Shown here: piece by piece, positions 37,301 to 46,858 of the stretch
Position numbering within the stretch: the stretch's first letter is position 1
How the letters are laid out: each line of letters opens with the position of its first letter
DNA from: Rhizaria sp. SCN 62-66
Taxonomy: Eukaryota
Length of the DNA stretch: 52,366 bases
Reading direction: 5' to 3'
Assembly (NCBI GenBank): GCA_001724265.1
Contig: MEDY01000204.1
Location: forward strand, 1-52,366
The notes under the pieces: model-generated
Told to the model about the DNA's origin: nothing
Databases searched by the model: none
What the model saw: the letters and a program-made list of their open reading frames with translations, nothing else
Translations under genes and position numbers: made by a program

Positions 37301-40300
37301 CCGCGCTGGCACTGAATCCGCTGCTAACTTGATTGGCGTTACTCGTCGGAGCAGGGGGTAACACTAAAGCCCGCCTGGCACTTGTCGGTTGTGGATGTCC
37401 CTGCGAAAGTGACTGTGAATGAGGCTGTGAACTGTCAAACGACGACAAATCAGAATATTCTTTCTGCTGGCTCTGCAAGTGCTGATCCTGCTGTTGAAGG
37501 CGCGCTGGCGTGAGTCGCAAGCGGCCCGGCGACCGCGGACTGGGCATGAACATCAGCCCTCCGCCACCCCCGGTCCCAGCGCCGCCGCTGTACGTGTCGC
37601 CGGCGCCACCGCTCGCGGCGCCGCTGTTGTTCTGGCTGTGGCTGCGCGGCCGGTGGCGGGCGTGGGCCTGCGCCTGGCCCTGTGACTGTGGCGTGATGAG
37701 AGACAGACGGCGTTGGTGTTGCTGCTGCTGATGCGGCGACGGCAAGGGGGACTTGTCGCCAACGCCAGAATCACCCACCGCCTCGGCGCCATCGGCGGTC
37801 GCCGAGACAAGAGCCCGCGTCTTAGGCGTCTTCACGGGCGTCTTCGGCGGGTGCAAGCACGACAGTGCAAAGGCGAGGTTCGAGCTGTGGACGCTGGCGG
37901 CGCCGTCGCTGTTGCTGTCGCCCGCCGAGTCGCCGCTCGCGCCCGCGGTGTCGACCGGGGCGTCGCCGTGGCTGTTCAAGTTGAAGTTGAAGCTGAGGCC
38001 TGCGACACTGGGGCTGTGGTTGCTGGCGCTGGCAGCGGAAGAGTGGTTAGCAGTGACGCTGTCAATCGCAGGGTGTGCGTCGGCGTGGCTGCTCGTGCTG
38101 AGGTTAGTTGCAGAGTTTGTTCGCGCCCGGGTGACCGAAAGCGGCGACGGCGGGGGAGACGGGAGCAGAAACTTTGGCATAGAGATATCCTCGTTGCCGT
38201 CAAGCTCTCCGTCCAGTTCCCCCTCTAGCGCACGCACCACGCGGACGTCCCCGCCGTCGACGCCGAAGTGGCCGTGGTCGGCCCCGGGGGCGCCGCCGCT
38301 GCTCGCCGTACTGCTGCTCGGCGTGTTGAGACTCTGGCTGCGGCTGCGGCTGCGGACGCGCCTCCCGCTGCTAGTGCTCGCGCTGCCCTTGCTGCCGAAC
38401 GGGCTGTTGGCGGAGCGCGGGGCGTTCAGAGCCAGCAGCGACGGGCTGCGAGTCACCGCGGCGAAGCGGGGCGACACGGGCACGCCGGCGCTTGAGCCGG
38501 GCCCGGAGCCCGCTCCAGGGTGACTGAACGCAGGGATGGGCACCGGCAACGGCAGTGTTGCAGTCGCTGTTGAGTTTGCTGCTGTCATCGCGATCGTGGT
38601 TGCCGCGGCGGTTGCAGCCGCGGTTGCTTGCAAAGTGGCTGGGGGCGGCACAGGAAGCGGAAGCGGCAGTGACGTTTTCTCCACGGCTTGACTGTGGACA
38701 GAGCCGCCGGCACTGACAGACACAGTCTGCGCCCGAGCCCTCGTTGTGACAGCAGCAGCTGCAGCGTTCTCTGTCGTGATTCCTGTGGGCGCGGTTGTAC
38801 CGGTAAAACCGTTACTAGTATGAGCATTGGCATCCGCAGCAGGCTTGGCACCAGTCGGAGGCGCAGCAGCAGTGGCAGCAGCAGCAGCAGCAGCGGCGGC
38901 GGCTGCAACGGCGGCGTTCACGCCCGCGTCTTGTGCCTGCGCAGCTGTCGTGAGCAAATAGAATGCACGTGCATGCCTCAACGCAGCCGCGAGTGCCGCG
39001 TCAGCCTCCGACTCTGCGCCGACGGAACTGGTCGCATTGGTTTGACTCTGCGCGGCGTCAGCGGCAGACTTCGCGTTGGCTTGCAAGCCCTCGACGCCTT
39101 TCACGCCACTGTCTCCGCTCTTTGCCGTAGCGGGTTTAGACTGTGTTTTCGCGGTCTTATTCCGCACAAGTCCTTGCTTACCGTCGGCTGGGGCGGACGC
39201 GTCGCCATATGACTGCTGGCTGCGCTGCTGCGCAAGCGACTGCGACGCGATGGACGGAGACTGAGGGCGAGACCGCGGCTGTGAGCGAGACAGTGGCCTC
39301 TGCAGCTGCTCGGTGTGGCCTTGACTAGCCTGACCCTGGCTCTGGCTCTGGCTCTGGCTCTGGTTCTGGCTGAGAGACTGAGACAGAGACTGCGAGCGCG
39401 AGCGTGACTGAGACCGCGACTGCGGCCGCGCCAACGGCCCCTGCCCCTGCCCCTGCCCTTGGCTGTGAAGCTGCGACTGAGAGCCTGGGTTCGGGTGATC
39501 GTGGGCGTCAGCGCCCGGGCGGCTGCGGCGGCCCACGCGGTTGCCCGCCAGCTGACTGTGCGCACTGCCGCCAGACGCGCTGTAAGCAGGACTAAGGGCG
39601 AGCGCCGAGTGGCTGGAGGCGCGACTGCTGGGAGTCGCAGCGTCGTGATTCGCTTCGTATTTGCTCTGGTCACAGTCGGTGTCGGTGACGCTTCGCTCCG
39701 ACTGGCGTTGCAAGGGCTCAGCGTCTGTGCTGGCGGTGTCGTTGTCGACAACAAACAGCGGCGGCGGGGTCAGCGCCATCTGCAGCAGCAAACGGCCGTT
39801 GCTGCTGTTGCTGTTGCTCTCATTGCCACCGCCACTGCCACTCTCTTCGCTGCTCGCGCCGCCGCTGCCACTGCTGTAGTTACCGTTAAGGTGGGAGCCG
39901 TCGGTATCGGTCGGCGGGGGTAGGAACACGCCGAGCTTGGCGCAGATGGACAGCATGCTGGGCATCTCGCCGTAGCCGTGCAGGGGACTGGTTAGGTACA
40001 CGCAGTTTACCCCGTCACCGTCAACATCGTCAACATCAAAAGCGCTCATGTCAGCGGTGGCATTAATATTGCTTACGTTAGAGGTCGTGCTGACGTCAGT
40101 GTTCGTGTCCTTGCACTGGCCAGAGGTGATGTTAGACTTAGACGCCGCAGCAATGTCCTTTACAGCACGCGTCAGCGCCGCAAAAGAAATCGCAACGGTT
40201 GCACAAGGGCGCTCGCGCGCTCGCGGAAGCCTCCGTCCGCCCTGCTCTGCCAGAGTCTCTGGCCGCGTCTGCAACTGCGCGTGTGGCTGAGCTTTCTGCT

Positions 40301-42524
40301 CGCCAGACTGCAGGCGCGTGTGCTGCACGTCGCTAGCTCCGCCGGTGCTGGAGGCGCTGGCGCTGGCACTCGCACCAGCAGCAGCAGGAGCAGCAGCAGC
40401 AGCAGCAGTAGTAGTAGCAGTAGCAGTGATATCGTTGCTGTTCGTGACAACGTGGTTCGCGCTGTTGCTGCTCGTTGTGCTACTAGATGGCGCTGACGCA
40501 AGCACCTTGTCGACAAAAGCGCCGATCTGGGCGTCGTTGGTTGTGTATGTGTTAGACCCGTTGGGCAGAGGTGCCGACGGAGGGCGCGCGACGAGGGGCC
40601 TCGTCAGGCTCGCGCCAGCAGTGCTCGGCCTGGCGTCGCCCGCAGCCGTGTTGCGCCCCTTGGAGCTGTTAGGATGTGGCTTTGCCGAATGTGTCTGTTG
40701 AGACTGCAACTGGGATTGCTGCTGCGGCTGGGACTGGGCCAACTGGGCCTCGACCCACAGGCGCGTCCTCGGACTCAGCGGCCGGCTGAATCCACTGCTT
40801 GCAACGCCGCCGCCGACAGCGCCGCCACTGATGCGGCCAGCGCCTGCATTTGCACCCGCAGCACCTGCACTATCACTGACATTGACAGTTGTACTATGCT
40901 TCTTGTGAACGCTAGCGTCGCTCGTGTTCGTTTTGGTGTCGGCTGCGCTCGTCGCGGGCGTCGCGGCCGTCGCGGGGGCCGGGCTCGCGCGGCCCTCCTG
41001 GAGCAGCGCGGCGGCTGTCGCAGCAGCGGCGCGCTGGTAGTACGAGAGCGAGGCAGACGCAGAGGCCGGGCGGGGCGGCACGGGAACCAAGAGCTTGCTC
41101 TGGCCCTCTCCTTGCCCCTGTATCGAATGCGACTGAGGTTGCGCGTGGGGCTGGGAGATGTGTGGCTTTGGCTGCTGCGGTAAAGCGTTACTCCCGGAAA
41201 CGCCGTTCGCACTCGCGCTCGCGCTGGCGATCGAGCTTGCGCCCGTGCTTTGCGCGCTCGCAGCGAGCGCGGACGACAGCGAAAGCGCTGGCACCACGAG
41301 CCGCCGCGACCGGTGCCGGCCGACCGTGCTGCTCACGGCCGCTTCGGGGGCCGGGCGGGCGCTCGCGGCCGTGTGAGCAGTCGCTTGGACAGACGCAGTG
41401 CTGGCCATCGCAACGTCTGTCGCGCCAGGGACGGCAGCAGCGGCAGCAGCTGTGTTGTGCACCGAGGCAGTGGTGTTGCTGATGCTGTTGGGGGGAGTAC
41501 TAGCAGTGCTGGTGCTCTGAAGAGAGTGTGCGGGGTTATTGCGCAGAGGCAGGTGGGTGTGCGAGACAACGCGGCGGGGCGGGTACGCTGCGACACCGAC
41601 ACCGCCCGCGCCCGCAGCGGCGCCCGCGCCCGCAGCGGCGCCCGCGCCCGCAGCGGCGCCAGCGCCCGCGGCAGCGGATGCGCCTGTCTTGTCATCCGTC
41701 ACCGAGGCTGGCGTGGAGACAGTCACGGCGCCAAGAGCAGCGTTGTTGGTGACATTGCCGCTTGCACCCGCGTGCGTGGCTGTGCTCTTTGTTGTTTCAG
41801 CTGCCGTTGTCACGGCTTGCTTCGTGGCAGCTGCCGCTGCCGCGGCTGCCGCAGTGGGCGACGTCGACAGCGTGAGCTGCCGGTGCTTGTGGTGCGGCCG
41901 TTGCGCGCCCCAGTCGCCACCAACGCTCTGTGCTGGCGCCTGCGTCTGTGCCTGCGTCAGCGCCGACCCTGGCTGTGCCTGTCCCTGCGCCAGCGAGTGA
42001 GACTGCGCCAACGACTACGGCGGCGAGTGAGTCTGCGACAGAGACGACTGGGGCGGCGCGGGCGGGGACGGAGGGTACGCGTAGAGCTGTGTTTGTGGCG
42101 GCGGCGGCGGTTGCGACTGCGACTGTGAGAGGGCCTTGGTGGTCGCCTGCTGTGGCGGCACTGCTGGTGAAGCTGCTGAGGCAGCTGCTGCTGCAGCTGC
42201 TGCTGCAGCGTCTGCGCCGCCGATCCGCTGCGGCGTGGGGACAGAACAAGTGTCGTTAGCGTCGGCGTTCAGCAGCAGTTCGGGCGGTTGGTGTGCCGAT
42301 GATGTCGTCGCGGCCATAGCAAGCGCAGGAGACGGCGGCGCCGGCGAGAGTGACGTGGGCGGGAGCGAAGGCCCGAACAGAGCTCGTGGCGAGGCGCTGA
42401 ATCCCGCCCGCACCCCTGCCTCAGAACTAGCTCCGCCAAGAGTAACCTGTGGTGGCGCAACAGGGCGCATCGTAGGAATAGAGTCCGACGGAAAATGAGA
42501 CCTACGGGATGAGGTCCCGCTCAT
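31399..42524 (-). CDS. Very large low-complexity protein with a C-terminal dispersed WD40 propeller, about 3660 aa; exons 42524-36638 (in-frame TAG at 42017-42015) and 36506-31399
   Basis: A GTGCGT..TAG intron at 36637-36507 joins the two long ORFs in frame. WD motifs: SAGLDGSL, AH...FATGSSDHSIKIWDL, RGHRGPVTAL...FSAGLDGTVRVW, LKGHKTTVIS...TTSLDGCLRVF. The start is uncertain. Confidence 0.75.
39336..39370 (-). repeat. Hexamer repeat (CTGGCT)n encoding a Gln-Ser dipeptide run
   Basis: ctggct units in tandem; protein reads SQNQSQSQSQSQ. Confidence 0.85.
41603..41677 (-). repeat. 18-bp coding tandem repeat, about 4 copies, encoding (AAAGAG)n
   Basis: gcccgcgcccgcagcggc is repeated. Confidence 0.85.
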
Positions 42525-43026
42525 TGTGGGCGGAAAATAAGTCTGAATCTGTGGTGATCGAACGGGTGGAGTGACTCTGGAGCGCGTTTAAAAATATATG
42601 GAGGTATACACATCTAAGTGAGACTATAATACAATATCAATAAAATATACATCTCAAATTTATATGTCAAATCACATATTCGTGGTTCTGACATTCACAT
42701 GACTATGCAAATGCAAAAATAGATCATGGGCAAAGACGAAGATAACAAACTGTATTGGCGAGACTGCCTCGACCAGCGAGCGAGACGACCCCGTTGGCGA
42801 TGGCGGTTTTCATATCATCGCCTTAATTCACTTTTGGTAATCGATTCTTAAACTGACATGGTGTAGTTGACATCTCACATACGTTATTTACCTTATTCTT
42901 TTTGTAATAGGCGCCAGCACCTTCTCCTACTCCTTAAACTAGCCTTGGAAATTTGTCTGCGAACCCAAACCTTGCCTGGCACGCGGTAACCCTTAGTCGA
43001 GCCTTTAGTGCGTTCCCCAGGTCCCG
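42525..43026. promoter_or_regulatory. Divergent promoter between the WD40 and RhoGEF genes, with a possible 5'-UTR intron at about 42837-42910
   Basis: AT-rich head-to-head spacer; ATTGG (reverse CCAAT) near 42754; GTAATC...CTGAC...TAG. Confidence 0.4.
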
Positions 43027-45582
43027 ATGAGCGCGGACGAGAAAGCGCAGAAGCGCGCAGTGAAGCGCTCGATGATCGCCAAGGAAATTCTGGCGACAGA
43101 AATGCGCTACTCCGAGTTCCTCGAGGTTATCGTCGATGTCTGGCTCAAGCCCTTGCAGGCCGCTGCCGACAAGGACTCTAATATCCTCTCCCGCGAGCAA
43201 ATCAACGGCATTTTCAGCAATGTTTCGCTCATTTGTGACTTCCACCGCCAGTTTGCGCGCGACATGGAGGAATGCGCGAAAGAGTGGACCGACCCCGACC
43301 TGGCGGCCGCGGCTGCCGGCGAGCAGACGGTCGCAGTTGATATGTCTAAGTCAAAGCAAGTCGCGTCTGGCAAGATCCCCCGTGGCTGTTTCGGCGCTCT
43401 CTTCAAGACGTTTGCCCCATTCCTTAAGATGTACACGCAGTACGTCGGAAACCACGAGTCCGCCTCGCGGCTCGTCGCCGAGCTCGAGAACAAGCGACCC
43501 AAGAAGTTCGTCCAGTACTCGACGGCCGCGGTGGCGGACCCGCGCAACAAGGGCAACACGCTCTTCTCGCTGCTCATCATGCCCGTTCAGCGCGTGCCGC
43601 GCTACAAGCTCCTGCTCTCTGAGCTGATCCGCAACACGGATGAGTCCCACCGCGACTACGCCGACCTGCTCAGTGCGCACTCGTCCATCGACAAGGTCGC
43701 CGTGCACATCAACGAAGAGCTGCGCCGTTCGCTCAACGTCACGCGCGTGCTAGCCCTGCAGGCGCGCTTCTCGCACGCCGTGGACCTGCTGCGTCCCGGC
43801 CGCACGCTGCTGCACGAGGGCTACGCCACCAAGCGCGGCCGCCGCGGCGACGACAAGTACTACTTCATCCTCTTCAACGACTCGCTGTGCTACGCCACCT
43901 CGGCCTCGGCGTCGGGCGGCAAGCTCAAGATGCACCGCGAGCTTGCCATCGACAAGTCCTTCGCGGTCACGCCGGTGCCCGAGACCGTGGCGCCCGACGC
44001 GCCCCTGGTGCCCGTGCCCGCGGCCGACGACGGCGCTGGCGCCGGGCTCGCCGCTTCGCCCTCAAGCCTCTCCAGCGGCGGCCACGGCGGCGACGGCGAC
44101 GGCGCGTCGGGTTCGCCCACGGCGGCGATGACGCGGCAGGGCGTGTTCCCGATCCAGATTGTCACGGCCGACAAGTCCTTCGTTTGCTTCTGGGAGCTCG
44201 AGTGCGAGCGCGACCGCTGGCTGACGCTACTTAATCAGTGCATCTCCGAGATCCACACCAAGCTCGAGTCGCGTGCCTCGGCCTCGGCCGCCAACGCCAA
44301 CGCCTCGGCCTCTGCGACGGCCACGGGCGCCGTGCGCGCGGTGCAGGAGCAGCACACACCCGCCACGGTGTGCAAGTCGTGCGGCTCCGCGGTGGGCGTG
44401 CTCGACCGCTTCTGGTGCAACCTCTGCGGCGGCATCTGCCATGCCAACTGCTGCACCACGAAGCTCTTCGTGCAGTGGGCCGGCGACGCGCGCCGCGTGT
44501 GCAACCCCTGTGACGAGGCGGCGCGCGCGCTGGCGAACCAGCGCATCACAAAGATGCGCGCCTCGCTCGGCGGCGGCGCGCAGGCCGACCTTGCCTCCAA
44601 CAGTACGTATCCCTCCTCTTCCTCTCCTCAAACCTTTAACACAACCAAGTCTCTCTCCTCTCCCTCTTCCGCCGCGACCGCGAGCGGGCCGATCTACGGC
44701 GCGGCGGCCTCTCCCACCAACGCCGCCTTCGCCACCGCGCCCGCCGCGCTCTCCACCCCCGCCCGCCCGCCGCCGCCACCCGCGCCCCCCGCGGGCACCA
44801 CCGGCGCTGGCGCTGCCGTGGCGGCGACAGTGGCCACGTCCCCCGTGCCCCAAAGCCCGCCCCCGCCCCCGCGCGGCGCCTCGGCAGCCTCAGCCTCAGC
44901 CTCGGCCGCATCCTCTCCTGCCCCCGCCTCCGCCTCAGCTTCCCCGTCCCCGTCCCCGGCCCCCGCTGGCGCCAGCCGGCCTCCGCCGCCGCCGATGGCC
45001 GCTCCGACGCTCGCGGCGGCGCGCGCGGCGCCCGCGGCTTCTGTCGCTGCCGCGGCTGCCGCCGTGGCCGCGAGCGCCGAGCTGGAGGACGCCGACGAGC
45101 CCTCGTGGCTGCCGTGGCTGGGCTCGGCCGCCGTGACCTTCGCGCAGGGCGCCGCACTGGGCGTTAAGGCGCTCGCCGTCGTTGCCGCCAAGGCCTGCCG
45201 CAACAGGAACAAGGGCGGCGATAATGCTGCGGCGACAGCGACGACAAGTGCTGCGTCTGCTGCTCCTGGTGGTGCTCTGCCGCCGCCGCTGCCGCCGCGG
45301 CGCCGCGCGCAAGGCCCCACGGCGTGCGACGCGCTGGAGCGGTGGACCACCGTCGCCGCGGGCTTTATCGGGCTCGCGCTGGGCGCCGCGGCGACCGCGC
45401 TCTCGGCCACTGGCAAGAAGATCAACGCCTCCATCAACAGCCCGCCCGCGGCCGCCGCGCCGGCGCTGCCACAGCAGCAGCGACCCGCGCCCGTCCACGG
45501 AGCTGCTGCTGGCGCTGGTGCAAGGCCGCCGCCGCCGGTGCTGCCCCCCGCGGGCGGGCCGCCGGGCAAGAAGAGCGCGTAA
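43027..45582 (+). CDS. Rho guanine-nucleotide exchange factor (DH-PH-FYVE-like, FGD/frabin-type) with a proline-rich tail, 851 aa if unspliced
   Basis: DH: EILATEMRY, IFSNV, FLKMYTQY, LIMPVQRVPRYKLLL. PH: LHEG...YFILFNDSL...ERDRWL. Eight-Cys zinc finger CKSC...CNLCGGICHANC...RRVCNPC. Confidence 0.92.
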   Translation: MSADEKAQKRAVKRSMIAKEILATEMRYSEFLEVIVDVWLKPLQAAADKDSNILSREQINGIFSNVSLICDFHRQFARDMEECAKEWTDPDLAAAAAGEQTVAVDMSKSKQVASGKIPRGCFGALFKTFAPFLKMYTQYVGNHESASRLVAELENKRPKKFVQYSTAAVADPRNKGNTLFSLLIMPVQRVPRYKLLLSELIRNTDESHRDYADLLSAHSSIDKVAVHINEELRRSLNVTRVLALQARFSHAVDLLRPGRTLLHEGYATKRGRRGDDKYYFILFNDSLCYATSASASGGKLKMHRELAIDKSFAVTPVPETVAPDAPLVPVPAADDGAGAGLAASPSSLSSGGHGGDGDGASGSPTAAMTRQGVFPIQIVTADKSFVCFWELECERDRWLTLLNQCISEIHTKLESRASASAANANASASATATGAVRAVQEQHTPATVCKSCGSAVGVLDRFWCNLCGGICHANCCTTKLFVQWAGDARRVCNPCDEAARALANQRITKMRASLGGGAQADLASNSTYPSSSSPQTFNTTKSLSSPSSAATASGPIYGAAASPTNAAFATAPAALSTPARPPPPPAPPAGTTGAGAAVAATVATSPVPQSPPPPPRGASAASASASAASSPAPASASASPSPSPAPAGASRPPPPPMAAPTLAAARAAPAASVAAAAAAVAASAELEDADEPSWLPWLGSAAVTFAQGAALGVKALAVVAAKACRNRNKGGDNAAATATTSAASAAPGGALPPPLPPRRRAQGPTACDALERWTTVAAGFIGLALGAAATALSATGKKINASINSPPAAAAPALPQQQRPAPVHGAAAGAGARPPPPVLPPAGGPPGKKSA

Positions 45583-45645
45583 GGCAAGGCAAGGCAGGGC
45601 AAGGCTAGGCTAGGCTAGGCTAGGCTAGGCTAGGCTAGGCTAGGC
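45581..45645. repeat. Pentanucleotide microsatellite (AAGGC)n-(TAGGC)n starting at the RhoGEF stop codon
   Basis: aaggc x3, agggc, aaggc, then taggc x8. Confidence 0.95.
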
Positions 45646-45785
45646 AGCCACACTGCGAACCACTCGCAATGGGTGTGTGGACCGCCGGAAAGAGAGAAGA
45701 GAGAACTTGTGCTAAAATTGATGATATGAAATAATTTTGAATTGATTTTTCTTGTCAATCAACAGTTAGTTGTTGTCAGTCGATA

Positions 45786-45836
45786 GTTGTTGCTACCGTT
45801 GTTGTCGTTGTTGTTGTTGCTGTTGTTGCTGCTGTT
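45786..45836. repeat. Degenerate (GTT/GCT)n tract
   Basis: gttgttgtcgttgttgttgttgctgttgttgctgctgtt. Confidence 0.8.
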
Positions 45837-46858
45837 TTTTATTATTACGACTCTGAGAAGCTCGTTTAAGTTATCCTGTTGAGCCAGTTCAGAGCAAGAA
45901 AGCACAAGGTGTGTTTGGATGTTGGTGTGATCATTAATGTAATTTGCGTACAATGTGCGTGTATGTGTCTCCATGTGCGTGCATGTGTGTGTTCGTGACG
46001 ATGCAGGTGAATGGCTGACCGAGACAGCAAGCAGTACAAAGCTAACGCGTGGCAAACAAAGCAAAGCATAACAAAACGACACGTCAGGCTCGACGGTGAC
46101 CGTCGTGTGTAACGCATAGCAAGGATCTTGGTCAACACGTGTATTTCACGACACATCTCTGTTGCTCATGGTCACATTTCTGTCGCTGTCGCCACCAGTT
46201 GCTTTCTTGTCGCAGTCACGTTTGCATGCACTCGCGGGTCCACTCTGTTGTATAGTCTGGTTTGCCGTGTTTTGTTCCGATCCTGTCCTGCTGCGCTGTG
46301 TTGTGTTTGTGTTGCATTGTGTCTGTGCCGTGCTGTATCCTGTTGCGCTGTGTGTGTCGCTCAGTGCCGTGCCGTGTGCCGCGTCGCTCCGCCTCGCACC
46401 GCTGCGCCCCGGCGCTGCGCCGCGCTGCACACCGCACGGCGTTGTCTTGTGTCGTGCTCTGCTGTGCTGTGCCGTGTGACGTACTACGGCCACGCGGGTA
46501 CGCACGGCGCTCACGGTCGCACGATTGCTCACAGTCACATGCTCGGCCGGTCACAATACACAACCGCCCATTGTATGGAAACACAACGCAACACGGCACG
46601 GTCTGCAGATGTGGACACAACACGAACAAAACATTGAGCGATACGCTTTACACCGACTTTCCTCCCACGCTTGCGCTCCTGTCACAGATCTCATAACAAA
46701 AGCAACAACAACAGCAGCATCCGACGACGTCTACAACACTAACTTTGTTTTTGACGTCTAATCGCAAACACCCGACCCGCTTTTGTCGATTGCTCACCGG
46801 ATATGTTTTTTTCACTCTTTTTGTGTCCGCTCTCCCCTCCCCAGTGTCCGCGGCCGCC

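Noticed and set aside
45581-45645. (TAGGC)n as telomeric repeat or CRISPR array
   Set aside because: It is a short pentamer microsatellite with no spacers, is not TTAGGG-type, and lies internally in a 3' region.
46128-46696. Cys/Val-rich ORFs between the RhoGEF and SH3 ORFs
   Set aside because: They are products of TG-rich simple repeats, with mostly non-ATG starts and no coding-like codon bias.
25941-46858. GTG/TTG-initiated N-terminal extensions in the ORF track (25941, 27442, 30077, 36552, 46745)
   Set aside because: These extensions run through introns or UTRs; spliced ATG models explain the homology better.
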